Source of the DNA: Podarcis tiliguerta
Taxonomy: Eukaryota
DNA: 64,000 nt
Assembly (NCBI GenBank): GCA_965153285.1
Contig: OZ229116.1
Direction: 5' to 3' (one strand)
Of this stretch, positions 12,215 through 25,975 are shown piece by piece. The position numbers were made by a program, and so were the translations under genes. The notes under the pieces were generated by a model. The model did not search any database, was not told where the DNA came from, and saw only the letters and a program-made list of their open reading frames with translations. Position 1 is the stretch's first letter, and the number at the start of each line of letters is the position of its first letter.

Positions 12215-13108
12215 TAGTGCCCCAGTCACATTCACGAACATAATGTGTTCCATTAACTAGGTAGCACCAACTCTGTGTGTGCATGCAGGAATTCACACAA
12301 ACACGTAAATGAAATGAAGGAGAATTTTGTCTGTTCCAAATTTTTAAGTGAACAGACCTAATTTGCACCTCTCCAAGCACTATGCAGATTGGAATAAAAG
12401 TATATTTTGGATTTCACGCCTCTCCGAATTTTGCAATACAGTTCTTGGCTGCAAAGATGTACCAAAATGAGTTTAGAATATGTATTATTTAGGGTAAATA
12501 TGTTTAGTAATATGCATATTGAGGTATCATGCGTAAATAAAGTAATAAAATACATTTTTAAATACATACTTAAATGTGAGTGTGTGAACACACATGCCTA
12601 CTGGTACTCTGTCCTCCATCAGGGTAAAATATACTCCCAGTTCCATGGCCACAGCCTGCAAAATTTGTGCCCCCCTCAAAGGCAAATTGACAATAAGAAG
12701 AGCCCCGCTAGATCAAACCAAACACCCACCTCTTTCCTACAGGTGACAACCAGGTGTCTATGGGAAGACCACAAGCAAGACCTGAGGGCTATAGCCCCCT
12801 CTCATTGCTGTTCACCTGGCAGCTAACTTTCAGAGACATACAGATCCTGTTGCTGAAGGTAGTATAGTCATAATAGCTAGTGTCCTTTTTCAGCCTTATC
12901 CTCCATGAATTCGTATAATTCCCTTTCAAAGCTGCCCAAATTGGCTGCCCTCACCGGTCCCTGCTTTAGACTATAAAAAAGGTTGCTGGGGTAATGACGG
13001 GTTTCAATGCCCTTTTAAAATGTGTTTGGGAGGGGAGTTGTTGTTGTTAATATTAAGTATTTTGTGTTTTTATGTTGTGGTTTTATGTTGTAGAAGCCCT
13101 GGGACCTG

Positions 13109-13256
13109 TGGGTATAGGGCGACATAAAAATTTAGTAAATAATACATAATTTTAATGGGGACACTGGGAAGAAAATCCTCACTGGGTATAGGGCGACATA
13201 AAAATTTAGTAAATAATATATAATTTTAATGGGGACACTGGGAAGGAAATCCTCAT
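13109..13256. repeat. Tandem duplication, 2 x 74 bp
   Basis: tgggtatagggcgacataaaaatttagtaaataata...aatcctca starts at 13109 and 13183, with about 3 mismatches. Confidence 0.93.
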
Positions 13257-14057
13257 TGGCCTCTGTTCCATTTCTCCCCATTCATCTTGCACTTTCCCCA
13301 TAGCCCCACAGTCTACCTTTTGTATAGTCTTCCACAGGAAGCAGCGTGTCACATTCTCCTCCCTCCCCTTCCTGGACCATCTGGTCTTTTACTGAGAGAG
13401 AACATCTGGCACTGGGTGGGAGAGATGGGTCAGGTCAGCCCAATAGGTCAGCTGGAGCCAGGAGTTCTCTCTGACTTGGTAACTAAGCCAATGGGTTTGT
13501 CCCTTTGCAGCCATGTGACTGTACGAAGCAAACATTCCCTTTTAGAATTGATAGCTGTCCTATTAGGTAGATCAGATTTAATCAACAGCTGCAAGTGGTA
13601 CTTAAGAAAATAATCACAGCAAAGTGGGTCAGCGGAATTCGGAAGTGAGTCAGGCCTTTGGGAATCTTGCCCAGTCATTTGTTTTAATGAATACCCAAGG
13701 TTTTAAAGCCAGCTTACCAGTTTTAATCAGTGGCAACCCATACTGTGCTGAAGTACCCAAGTATATGCAAAAATGATCATGAACCAGTAGTTCATAGAGG
13801 AAGGCTCTTTGACTGCAAACTGTAATGGTTTTCCTTTGTGGTCTGATCCTATGAGCTTCATGGCCTCATATCTTTTAAAAGAAGCAATAAATTTTTTATT
13901 ATTTGAATCACATTGCGAAGTGCTTACTTGTGTACACTTTTCTTATATCATTATTTGTCTTGTTCCCATTCTGCATATAATAAATAATAAAGGATTATGG
14001 GGAAAGTAGTTTAACAGGGGTGGGAAAATGACTTTAGAGGGACATATTTGTGCATAT

Positions 14058-14311
14058 GAGAGCCAGTGTGGTGTAGTGGTTAAGAGCGGTAATCTCGTAA
14101 TCTGGGGAACCGGGTTCGCGTCTCCGCTCCTCCACATGCAGCTGCTGGGTGACCTTGGGCCAGTCACACTTCCTTGAAGTCTCTCAGCCCCACTCACCTC
14201 ACAGAGTGTTTGTTGTGGGAGAGGAAGGGAAAGGAGAATGTTAGCCGCTTTGAGACTCCTGAAGGGGAGTGAAAGGCGGGATATCAAATCCAAACTCTTC
14301 TTCTTCTTCTT
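14058..14311 (+). mobile_element. Squam3-like (MIR/Ther1-related, CORE) SINE
   Basis: tRNA head gagagccagtgtggtgtagtggttaagagc, CORE-like gtgaccttgggccagtcac, and a (TTC)n tail. Confidence 0.85.
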
Positions 14312-14794
14312 TATATGGTTATCTCTCCCATTGAAATCTGGGGAATGCAAAAAAACAAAAAAACCACACCCTAAAATTGTCCTATCAAAATACAAAGTGA
14401 GCCTTAGTGACTACTAGGATGCACAGGTGTCTAGGTATCTGTCAAAATGTTCAGAATTTCTCTCTCCCCTTTTTTTCTTTTTTCTTTTGGTACATTCCAG
14501 AACATTCATCAAAACTGAAGTGGCTATTGATTTTGGCAAACTGATATTCAGTTAAGGTAGAAAAAAGATGAATGGAAAATTGGGTCCTGTTAATTACCGT
14601 AAATACCAAAGTGTATTTGATTATTCCGTATAAAAAGTGTTGCCTTACGGTACTTTTATGGTTAATTTAAATTTATGAGACTATACACATAGTAATTGAG
14701 CCAGGGCTCAACCCTGTAACTTGTTTTCATTCTCATTTTTCAACTTAGAATATACAACGCATGCATTAAGAATAAATATTTATTTATCTAGCTG

Positions 14795-15525
14795 TTGTTG
14801 TTGTTTAGTCATTTAGTCGTGTCCGATTCTTCGTGACCCCATGGACCAGAGCACACCAGGCACTCCTGTTTTCCACTGCCTCCTGCAGTTTGGTCAAACT
14901 CATGTTAGTAGCTTCGAGAACATTGTCCAACCATCTTGTCCTCTGTCATCCCCTTCTCCTTGTGCCTTCAATCTTTCCCAACATCAGGGTCTTTTCCAGG
15001 GAGTCTTCTCTTCTCATGAGGTGGCCAAAGTATTGGAGCCTCAGCTTCAGGATCTGTCCTTCCAGTGAGCACTCAGGGCTGATTTCCTTAAGAATGGATA
15101 GGTTTGATCTTCTTGCAGTCCATGGGACTCTCAAGAGTCTCCTCCAGCACCATAATTCAAAAGCATCAATTCTTTGGCGATCAGCTTTCTTGATGGTCCA
15201 GCTCTCACTTCCATACATCACTACTGGGAAAACCATAGCTTTAACTATACGGACCTTTGTTGGCAAGGTGATGTCTCTGCTTTTTAAGATGCTTTCTACG
15301 TTTGTCATTGCTTTTCTCCCAAGAAGCAGGCGTCTTTTAATTTCGTGGCTGCTGTCACCATCTGCAGTGATCATGGAGCCCAAGAAACTGAAATCTCTCC
15401 CTCCCTCCAATTCTTCCCCTTCTATTTGCCAGGAGGTGATGGGACCAGTGGCCATGATCTTGGTTTCTTTGATGTTGAGCTTCAGACCATATTTTGCACT
15501 CTCCTTTTTCACCCTCATTAAGAGG
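14795..15525 (-). mobile_element. BovB (RTE) LINE, 5'-truncated
   Basis: RT C-terminus ...GLKLNIKETKIM...DAFELWCWRRLLRVPWTARRSN...YFGHLMRREDSLEKTLMLGKIEG. (CAA)n tail. 11-bp TSD ttatctagctg (14784-14794, 15526-15536). Confidence 0.95.
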
Positions 15526-15725
15526 TTATCTAGCTGCCACACTTGCTAACCACAATTTTCTTCTTAAATATAATTCTTGAGTTTGAACTGCAAAAAGTCG
15601 ATTTCCACCATTGCCACTCCCATGCAGCTGAAATAAGGACTTTGGGCTTTCTGTACAAAAGGATTATGGGTCATGGGGCCCCTTTTTAATTATTTAGAAT
15701 TTACGTGCTAGTTATAGATAATATG

Positions 15726-16079
15726 GGGACACAGATGGTGCTGTGGGTTAAACCACAGAGCCTAGGACTTGTCGATCAGAAGGTTGGCGGTTCGAATCCC
15801 CGTGACGGGGTGAGCTCTCATTGCTCGGTCCCAGCTCCTGCCAACCTAGCAGTTCAAAAGCACGTCAAAGTGCAAGTAGATAAATGGGTACCGCTCTGGC
15901 GGGAAGGTAAACGGCATTTCTGTGCGCTGCTCTGGTTCGCCAGAAGCGGCTTATTCATGCTGGCCACATGACCCGGAAGCTGTATGCCGGCTCCCTCGGC
16001 CAATAAAGCGAGATGAGCGCCGCAACCCCAGAGTCGGTCACGACTGGACCTAATGGTCAGGGGTCCCTTTACCTTTACC
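15726..16079 (+). mobile_element. Sauria SINE, full length
   Basis: Same consensus as the other copies. TSD tatagataatatg / tatggataatatg. Confidence 0.92.
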
Positions 16080-17004
16080 TATGGATAATATGAGGCTGTA
16101 TCCACCTATTTGGCAGTATATGTCTCTTCAAATGTCAGCATGATGTGCGTAAAGGCAAAACTGAAGATGTCATCCAGTGTATCATGAGTTTAACATCGTT
16201 TGTTCTTTCTGGTATGCATTAATGAAGCATATGGCTATCTTGGAAAGCCTGTTACAAGAAGAACACAAATTAAGGGTTCTTCGCTTAAGTTATGATTGCG
16301 TTGACTATGAAATTTTAATTAATAAATTCCAGGGTATAGTATCCAACTAATGCTATGTGCTTGTTTAAAGTGGAAGGTAGATAATTAAAATGCATATTAT
16401 TTAGATTTTGGATCATGCAATTTTGCATTTAAGTAAACAGATATAATTGCAAAAGGACTAACGAGTGGAAAACAAGTTTTCTGTAAGGAAAAGAAGGAGG
16501 CCCACAGTGCCAGATTAATGTTGATAGATTTCTTTTATTCAGAATTGATGGAAGTCTTCCACGAAAGCAATATTTATGAATGGAAGCTCTAAGTTTGATT
16601 CTAGTGCATACCAACCCACATTTTGCCACAACTAGTTATACATAACTGCCTGTGAACCTAACCTGGATCAAAGAATTACTGCAACCTGGTTCTGCTCCTC
16701 CATCTTCAATCCTCTCTTGGTCCTAGGAGACAGTGGAGGGGGCAGGCAAGAGGAGAAGGTGTGGAAGTCCTTGATTCTCCACCAGCCTCACCTCTCTCTC
16801 CTTCCTCCTTGCACCTGTTCTTGGCTCTCCAATCCTGTAGCTTCTTCTGTCTCTGACTCTCATCTCCTGGCTGTTTCAGGCTCCCCCAGATCACTCATCC
16901 CTTCTTCCAAGTCAGTCTCCAACTCCCCCTCTCTATGGGTGCTCACTCATCAGTACCCAGTACCCACTACCACACGCCAGTACCCAGCCAGTCCTTGATA
17001 ATAC

Positions 17005-17885
17005 TTCTGTTAATGCAGCCTAGAATAGTTAGCCTTTTTTGCTGCTGCATCACACTGTTGGCTCATGTTAAGCTTGTGGTCTACTAAGACCTCCTAGTTC
17101 TGTTTCACATGTACTGTTGGCAATCAAGGTGCCCCCCCCCCATCTTATATTTGTGCAGCTAGGTTTTTCTGCCTAAGTGCAGAACCTTAAATTTGCCCCT
17201 ATTGAATTTCATTTGGTCCAGTTCTGCAATCTGTTAAGGTGATTTTGAATCCTGATTTCGTCTTCTGCAACATTAGCTACTCCTCTCACTTTGGTGTCAT
17301 CTGCAAATGCAATGGACATCACCTCAATTCTTTCATCCAAGTTGTTTATAAAAACATTGAACCACTAAGGGCCTAGGACAAAACCCTGTGGCACACCACT
17401 TGCCACGTTTTCCCAGGATGACGAGGAACCATTAGTGTGCACTCTTTGGGTTTGGTCAGTCAATCAGCTACCAATCCACTAACAGTTACCTCATTCAGTC
17501 CACATTTTACCAGCTTCTCCACAAGTGTATCATGGGGGACTTCGTCAAAAGCCTTACTGAAATCAAGATATACAAGATATGCAAATCAAGATATACTACG
17601 TTCACAGCATTCCCCTGAACCACCAAAAGACAGAGAGAGATTTGTCTTGCATGGCTTGTTTCTGAGAAACTCATGCTGGGTTTTAGTAATCACAGCATCC
17701 TTTTCTAAGTGCTCACAGACTGACCATTTAATTATTGGTTCTGGGACATTTTCTGGTATCTAAATAAAGCTGACCAGTCGCTAGTTATATGGGTCTTCTT
17801 TCCCCCCCTTTTTGAAGTTGGATACAACTTTTACCCACCTCCAATTCGCAGGGACCTCACTTGTTCTCCAAGAATTCTCAAATAT
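17005..17885 (-). mobile_element. Older CR1 LINE fragment (RT region)
   Basis: Aligns by eye with the young CR1 at 62901-63707 (gctgctgcatcacactgttggctcatg...). Frameshifted. Confidence 0.85.
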
Positions 17886-19770
17886 TATAGACAGAGGCTC
17901 TGATTTTTCTTATTAAAATATTTACAATATGCTACGTTCACTGAGGGCACTATGGGTTGTATACTAGTCTGCACTAGTCTACAATTCGAATTCTCCTTCC
18001 TCTCCCGTCCCTGTGTGACCCCAAAATCTGTTCCTGAGGCTTGCCCAACTCTCTGGAGCAGATTTTGAGGGTGCAAGGTAGACAGGAGGGAAAGGTTCTG
18101 TCACGCAACCAGAACTCAGCGGCACAAGTGGAATGGTTAGTGTGTTCTCATGGAAAATTAATTAAAATGCATTAATATAATTCTGTAACCAGGTATTTAA
18201 AAATATCCATTGCATGTTCCTGCTAGGGTGAACCGTCAAGTTCACGATGTGAAAATCTGAATTCTATATTTGAACTTTCATTGAAATGTACATCTGAGTG
18301 CTAATACCATCTGTCTGCATTGCATTTTTTTTTCAATGGGATGGCATTCCGATGTTCTTCCAAATGCTTAAACAAGCTGTTGAAAATAAATTTCTCTTTA
18401 AGCACACCTGCTCGATTTGAGTATGCATTCTGGGGTGGTCTTAAATGGGGATTGTGGGCATTTACAAATTTTACAAATTCTAAACAGACTGCCTATATTG
18501 CAAAAAAAAAAAATTCCTGATAAACAAGACTTGACATGTTGTTGGCTGCTTTAATTTGATGTGTCACCTTCTCCACTGCAAATAAGTGCCAAAAATATTC
18601 ATAACATGAATCTAAGCACATTAAGACACACACATACTTACAACACTTTTTAAAGTCTCTGTAGTTTTATTTTTAATGTATCTCTGCTGGCATTCATTTA
18701 CTTCTAGCAATGGGGTACCAGCTACTTAGATCCTGCACCGTGGAACTTAGAGTTTCAAAATAATATTCTAAATATTATTTGCAATGTGGTAGCAAAATCC
18801 ACAGAAAAGCAAAGATTTCATGGCCATCGCTGGGACGTTAAAGACATTGGAACATTATACGTGAGTCAAACCTAAGAATATTCGACCAACAAGTTATAAT
18901 CAAGCTTGGCAAGGAATCCTTTCCTTATATTATATAATATATCTTACTTGCAGGCAAGCATCCTGGCGTTTTTTGATAGGCTGATGATCAGAATTAAATA
19001 TGGGTAGCTCTAGGCAATTAGCTTTACAGTTGAGTGCTGAGTGCTCCAAACAAAAAAGCATTTTTGTGAACTGTAAAACTTTTTCTTCTCTGTTCTATGC
19101 GACATACAAATGTAACCTGCAGGAAACAGCCTGAAGATACTTCACTACCTGAATGCTTTTCTTCCTATATTTTAGCGAATTTTATATGATTACTAATGAC
19201 TAACAAATAGTATTTATACTGGGAACATTGCGTTCATCCAGTCCTACTGTGAAAAGTAAGGGGTGTGTGAGCTGAAGAGATTCCATATAGCCAGGAATGG
19301 GAGTGCCACAACTACATGTCAGGAGTCAACATAGCAACACGCACAAAATAGATCACAGAAACATAAAATGTACTGTAGGAGTGTGGGAAGGTGCCTCATA
19401 CCGACTCAGACCATTGGTCCATCTGGTTGGGATTGTCTCTATTGACTGGTCACCACTCCCCAGGGACTCTTTACTAGCTCCACTTGTCGGTTCCAGGGAT
19501 TGAAACTAGTTTTGAAATTGAAACTAATTTTATTATCTATACCCTGCCCATCTGGCCCTGATGTACAGATGGCCCTGATAGCAGCCCAGTTGTGTGCTCC
19601 TTACGAAATACAGGAAAAATACTCCTGAGCACGCAGTCTGGACTTGGTAGTCAATCCCCAACGTATTTCCTGGTCAGTTTCATGTGGTGGAAGAGAGTTG
19701 TTAACTGCCTTGAGACCTGCAGGTATAGGGCAGTATACATAATAAATATCATCATCATTATCAAAGGGAG

Positions 19771-20108
19771 TGAAATATCCTCAGGGTTGAGAGTGGATTT
19801 CATGCTCTTTATTCAGCTCATAGTGGTGAGGAGGAATGGAAGTTCCCCCAGAATGTCTGCTTTATATACATTATTTACACAATGGGCCCCACGTGATTGG
19901 CTAATTCCGGGATTCTCCTGTAGGCCAATCAGGTTGCGGATTCACTTCCACCTGGAGCTGGATTGGGTGGCTCCTGTGGACCAATCAGACTGCTGCATTC
20001 TGAATCCTATTGTTCTTGGACCAATCAGACTGCTGCTGCATTCTGAATCCTATTGTTCTAGGAATCAGACTGCTGCATTTTGGATCCTATTCAACTCAGT
20101 ACATAACA
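19771..20108 (-). mobile_element. Solo LTR with about 40-bp internal tandem repeats
   Basis: TG...CA ends. On the minus strand, TATATAAA (19861-19868) precedes AATAAA (19808-19813). Repeated ccaatcagactgctgcattctgaatcctattg units. TSD is degenerate. Confidence 0.75.
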
Positions 20109-20439
20109 GAGAATGAACAAAGAAGCTTTACTTCCTTCTTCACCAGAGGTGAAGGGATGTGACCTGAGTCTAGGAATACAATTCTGTGGTCTTAACCCGT
20201 TCATGCATTAACTAGCCCTAAGCTTGCTGGTTATATTTTATTGCAACTTCCCACATCTTTGTTGGGTTAATTAATTGCAGGGAGAGCACTGGAAGCGGGG
20301 ATGTTGTTGTGTGTTTCATCCTGTCTTTGGACAGGGAGAAGGGAGGTGTACTGTTTAGCCTCCCACATGCCCAAATATTTATTTTCTACCCAAGCCCTTC
20401 TTGCAAGAGGGGCTGGACCTGATAGGCTGCCATAGTGGA

Positions 20440-20770
20440 TACCTTGAGGACGATGTCAGCCCAATGCTTGGTGAAAAGGTGGATTTCATGCTAGGAAGTG
20501 ATAGAAAAGGAATTGAAAACAAAAGACAGTATCACAATGCTGTTATTCACAACCATAATTGGAATACAGTGTACAGTTCTGGCTGCCTGACCTCATAAAG
20601 GATATTGCAGAGTTCAAAAAGGTTCTGAAAAGTATGATCAAGAGATGGAACAACCCCCCTCTGATGAAATATTACAACATTTGGGGATTTTTAGTTTTGA
20701 GTATAGATCAGTAAGGGGGTAACATGATAGAAGTATATACAATTATGCATAGTGTAGAGAAAGTGGACAC
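20440..20770 (+). mobile_element. Ancient CR1/L3 fragment
   Basis: ggaatacagtgtacagttctgg (EYCVQFW-like) and downstream CR1 ORF2-like remnants. Confidence 0.65.
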
Positions 20771-22669
20771 CTAAGTCCTTATGCTTCTGTTCTGAGAAGC
20801 CTTTTAACTGCTAGATGATGGCCTGGCCCAACTATTTTTTAGATAATTCATTTTTGCAGCAAATACACTTCAAGGTCCTGAACCACTGTCGAGTGCAGAG
20901 TTAAGACAGACCTTTAAAATAATAGAGGGTATCAATTTATCCTTTAGGTAACAAAAATTGTGTGTGTGTGTGTGTGTGTGTGATCTTTCCCATTATAAGG
21001 AGGATCACAGGAGATGACACTTGCAAATCTCCCTTCTTGCCTGTTAACTGAAGTGCTGGAAAAAAGCTGTTTTGTTTCTGATTTTTTTTTATTGTAATTA
21101 CTTAATCTTTTAGGCTAAAGCCAGAAATAGTTATGCAGTGGAATGTTTCTGCCTGCTGCTGCTCATCTATCAAACACCCTCTCATAACTAATCCTTTTGA
21201 TCACAAGAATCTTCTCTTCTAAATCCCTTATTTAATCTTTGTTGCCAGTGGGAAATCAACAATGGCTGAGTTGGTGCTGGAGCGGGTGGGGAAGTAGTTA
21301 ATTTTATTTACAGGCGAAAAGAGCTGCATTGTGTAGAGCTATTGAATTGTGTAAAATATGTGATCTGGATGAGATAAGTTTGTGATTTCAATGTCAAGCC
21401 TTCCCATTTTTAATTAGTTTTTTTTTATAAAAAAAATTGATCATTAAAAAAAATTAAAAATGGATCAGTATTGCTTCAAAATTAATATGTACAAAACTTT
21501 TCCTTAGATCTGGTGCATAGGTCTAGGTTTCTTAGGTCTAGAACTAGGGTAGTTTATGACACTGATCCAAATACTAATAGAGAAAATACTGCAAACTGCA
21601 ATTTTCTTTGGCTATTGTAGTCATTCCCCACATCAATAACGAAGATCATATTCTGTGAAATTCTGTATTCCTTGCTTAGATGTTATTTAATGTAGGATTT
21701 TTAGATGGTAGCATGAAAAGGTGTGTTGTTGTTTTGTAGGGCTGACAGTGTTTTCTAACATTAAAGTAGACCAATGCTGTTTTCAGAGAGCTCTTGAACA
21801 GGAAGTTGCGCATCCAAAATGGTCAAATAATGCCAGAAGAATAGTTGTTTCTGGGCGGCCTGTTAGTTTATGACAAAGCTATTTGTATCCAAGTGTGTCT
21901 GCCTAGTTTCTTGGGGTAGCTTGTTATGAAATCCCCAACAGCTTAGTAATGAGAACGGGGTACATAACTCAGCAGTACTTTGGAACGGAGAATGACTACA
22001 GCAGCCAAAGAAAACTGCAGTTTGCAACAAGATGAAGAAACAGCCCATCTGCCACTTTTGTGGAATTGTTGACTAAAATGTCTTCCTTTTTAAGGGAGAA
22101 TGACCTTGTCTGCAAGTTAAAGGCTAAAATGTATGAGGATGCATATTGCTATGCTCCTCCTGGTTCTCCAAGAAGTGAGAATTTCCAGGGGCACAGCACT
22201 TAACCCTGGTTCAGTTTTCCCTTTGAAGGAGGCTACTGGAAGTTTGTGGCACTTTTAAATATTTGAGTTTATTTACAAACTGAGTATAAGTGGAGGAACA
22301 GTTTAACCTTCCAACAGGCAGCCAAATCCACTGCCCAACATCAGATCTGCAGGTGGGAAAGAAGGCTCTTTCTCTGGGTCGCAGAGCCCAGAAAGTCAGC
22401 TCTGTGTCGCACTTGAAAGCTGTAGTCTGTTCCTTTGCTCCCGTTCACAAACACTTAAATCGCATTGTCCTTAATGGGGTGGGGTAAGTCTGGTTAACCC
22501 ACATTCAGAAGACTTACGTGAGATCATGCTATAAAAAACAATCTCCCTGTCAAAAAAAATGTACCTGGCAACATTGTTGTGGAGTATTAAAGAACATTTG
22601 ACATGATTCTGGCCCCACTAATTCTCCCCTATCTAAACTAACATTGTGAGCAAATGGTCTCTGAAAATC

Positions 22670-23295
22670 CTCCACTCAAAGCCAGAGGCATTCTTGTTGG
22701 GAATGGTAGGGGAAGACATTACTAAGAATGGCCAGAAATTGTTCTTATATGTAGCAACAGCGGTGAGGCTATTGTTAGCCCAGGTTTGGAAACAACAGCA
22801 AGTACCAACAGTAGAAGAATGGTGACAGAAGCCAATGGAATATGCAGAAATAGCTAGATTAACGGGGGAAATTCAACAACAGGGTGACGAAACATTTCAA
22901 AAAGAATGGGGAAGGATAAGGTGAAAATAGTGAAACCAGTAGTATTGAAATAAACCTCATAATGTGAAATACAAAGAAAATTTCTGGATAAAGAAAATAA
23001 TAAAAAGTAAAATGTACAAGGTGACTAATGTAACCAATGGTAGTTGTAAATGAATATAGACAGAAAATAAGAATTGTATATACAGGAGGATTTATTTGAC
23101 TATAGACACTCTATGGACAAATACGAAAGAAGAACAATAATATACAAAACGGATGAAGACAATGCGAAAAAGTTAGATGTGATATAAAAGGCCAGAAGAG
23201 GGAAGGAGGGAAGTCGGCTCCTGGGAGCAGGTGTAAATGTGAAATGTAATACAATATGTGTATGTGGAGTGTACAATTGAAAATCAATAAAGAAT
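22670..23295 (+). mobile_element. L1-clade LINE 3' end (ORF2 C-terminus plus 3'UTR), sense to the host gene
   Basis: PEAFLLGM...LFLYVATAVRLLLAQVWKQQQVPTVEEW, homologous to the copy at 55385-56061. AATAAA at 23286-23291. Confidence 0.8.
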
Positions 23296-23454
23296 ATTAT
23301 GGGGGGGGGAGAAAATTCTCCGCCCAATTTGCGAGCAGAAAAATGAGGGTTATAATTTCAATGAATTTCTCTGGGGGAAGGGTAAATTCTCAACAGTTTC
23401 TCAAGGGTAGAGCACAGCTTTTCTCTTCCCTGGTTGTTTTTGGTTTTGCAGCTG

Positions 23455-23656
23455 GTGCATGACCCCAAATTTGTTGACCCAAAAGTTGGTGAGCTTTTTT
23501 TTTCTCTCCCCCAAAACACCCCCCCCCCAAACACGTGATTTTTTTATTGACTTGCATAAGATCCAGGACAAACTTTTGGAAATTCCCCTGGGACGTCAAT
23601 TCCGCCTTTGAAATCCCAATAATGTCTGGGGAAATCTGGACATATGGCAGCCCTAG
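23455..23656. mobile_element. One-ended hAT-like fragment (tagggctgccatatgtcc terminus)
   Basis: Right end ggacatatggcagccctag. No matching left TIR seen. Confidence 0.5.
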
Positions 23657-23809
23657 GGTATGGGGATGGCAACCACCCCACTACCAATGGTGAATATTTA
23701 GAGAATTTCTGAAAAGTGGCCTTCTTCCAGGGAGGTGAGAGAAAGGAAACTGCTTTGAGGTTGTTGTTGGTTTTACAATGAAGCAGTGTATAATTTTTAT
23801 GAAATAAAC

Positions 23810-23945
23810 CAGGCATCCCCAAACCCGGCCCTCCAGATGTTTTGGGACTACAATTCCCATCATCCCTGACCACTGGTCCTGTTAGCTAGGGATGATGGGA
23901 GTTGTAGTCCCAAAACATCCAGAGGGCCGAGTTTGGGGGTGCCTG
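23810..23945. mobile_element. Palindromic hAT (Charlie/URR1-like) MITE
   Basis: caggcatccccaaac...gtttgggggtgcctg, with long internal inverted arms. TSD aaataaac / aaacaaac. Confidence 0.88.
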
Positions 23946-25487
23946 AAACAAACAAACAAACAAAATTCATACATTCTCTCTAAAGCGAAATCATGAGAAA
24001 CAACACTATTAAAGACAGAAAACTCTATAGACAGCAGACCTTAAGGGTATATCTGTTGAGATCAGTATCACTGAAAGAAATATGTCAGTGACACTGAATG
24101 TTGAAATAGGGAACTAAAACTATTACAGCCTGCTATATCCTGAACTTTACAAATACCATTGTATCCTTGAAGGCTGGCCAGTTGCTAGTCTTTTCCACTC
24201 ATATTAGTGGAAAACTAAAAAAATATATCTCAATAGGCCTGCAGATTTATTCTGCAAGCAGTTCCATTTCTTACATAGGCAGCATGCCCAACAATCTTTA
24301 GGATAGTAAAGGCCTGACCCCTCCAGAAATTGGATGTGTGTGTGTGTGCTTTGCTAGAGATCTGTGAATTCTCATAGGAAGTTATAGCTCTTTCCCAAAG
24401 TTCTTCAGGAAGAAGGATTGACGGTTAAACCATTCTAGAATTTGTAGCTCCATGAGGGGAATGGGGTCTCCTAACAATGTCCAGCACCCATAACAAATTG
24501 CTGTTCCAATGATCCTTTGAAGGACGCCATGACTATTCAGTGTGTCATCAGAACCCAGACTCATGGTTTGTCTGTGTTTTGGAAATTTCAGTTCCAGGAC
24601 TGCTGGCATATCTGTGTGTGACTTAACAGGTGAGGGAAGTTACAATTTTCCATATGAGAATAATGTGCAGGGGTTTTTTTTCTCTCATTGAAAAGCCCCC
24701 CCGAGTCTGATAGTGAATCTACAATAGGCTGTAGAAATACTTTTACCAGCAGACATGGAGTCTTCAGTTACAAAGAAGGGTTCCGTATTTCTGATCGTTG
24801 TGTAATTAGTTGCAGCCATTATTCTTAGTTTAGAATCCATTATATTGGTGTTTAATTAGATCTAAGGAGAAGTGTTTTCCATAAAGGAAAACAATGATTT
24901 GTAATATCTTGCTTATGTGGTAAAATTTATTATAAGGTTGTTAACAACGTTTCAAACAATACGGTGCAAGTAAAGGGTTAGCTGTGAACCAAAGTGACTT
25001 TTTTTCTTTCCTGGAGGGAAATGTTAGAAGGATGCATTATTTTATCAAAAGCAGACTAGCAGGCTGCAAAGTGTCAGTTAAACTGTCACTGTAGCCTATT
25101 GTCAACAAAGGGGGTGGCTATGCTTGGGGCAGATGCGGGTTTTATATTCAGAATCAAAGGCATCACGGGGGTGTTTGGTTTTGATTGGTCATTTAATGGA
25201 TGTTCTTCCTCATCCTATTGGCTCAAAATTATTATAGGCAAATAAGAGGGTGGATTGTCACCATAGCTGCAATCCTGAGAGGAGGAAGTGAAGACCAAGT
25301 TGAAGACTATGTGTAATTTCCTCTGGAGTGTAGCGAGATCTGTGCTTACTGGGGAAACAAAGGGACACTGTAATTGGCAAGGTATTGGTTAGAGAATGGA
25401 ACTATAACCTCCTGAAAGCGACAATAACCAGTGCTATTTAAAGTGAAACCACAAGCCTTATGAGAAAACAAAGGTTGCACTCTATTA

Positions 25488-25723
25488 ATACCTCTAGTTA
25501 CAAACTTAATTCATTCCGGAGGTCTGTTCTTAACCTGAAACTGTTCTTAACTAGAGGCGTGCTTTCACCAATGGGGCCTCTTGCTGCTGCTGCGCCGCCG
25601 ACACATGATTTCCATTCTCATCCTGGGACAAAGTTCTCAACTCGAGGTAACTCTTCCAGGTTAGCGGAGTTTGTAACCTGAAGCGTTTGTAACCTGAGGT
25701 GTTTGTAACTCGAGGTACCACTG
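25488..25723. mobile_element. Tigger-like MITE, same family as 37098-37339, left TIR damaged
   Basis: Shared internal sequence. Right end gaggtaccactg|ta. Confidence 0.85.
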
Positions 25724-25836
25724 TATTGCGAAAAAAGCTCCAATAACTGGATAATACCTCCTTTTTAACTCAGATGCTCTGTGGTCCGTTTTGCCTGTTT
25801 TGTCCCTTGTTATAGCTACTGAAAGAGGAACTGGTA

Positions 25837-25975
25837 CAGTCATACCTCATGTTACGTCCGCTTCATGTTACATTCTTTCAGGATACGTCCTGCAGTGACC
25901 CGGAAGTACCGGAAAGAGTTACTTCCGGGTTTCTCCGCTCACTCATGCGCAGATGCGCAAAATGAGGTACCACTG
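25837..25975. mobile_element. Short Tigger-like MITE, related to 4137-4358
   Basis: ta|cagtcatacctca ... tgaggtaccactg|ta. Confidence 0.8.

Noticed and set aside
14833-15549. Long + strand ORFs (238 aa here, also 41211-41702 and 44245-44730)
   Set aside because: They are antisense shadows of the BovB RT frame, not host genes.
19592-20116. 174-aa ORF
   Set aside because: It runs across an L2 tail, a microsatellite and the antisense strand of an LTR. Its repeated peptides derive from DNA tandem repeats.
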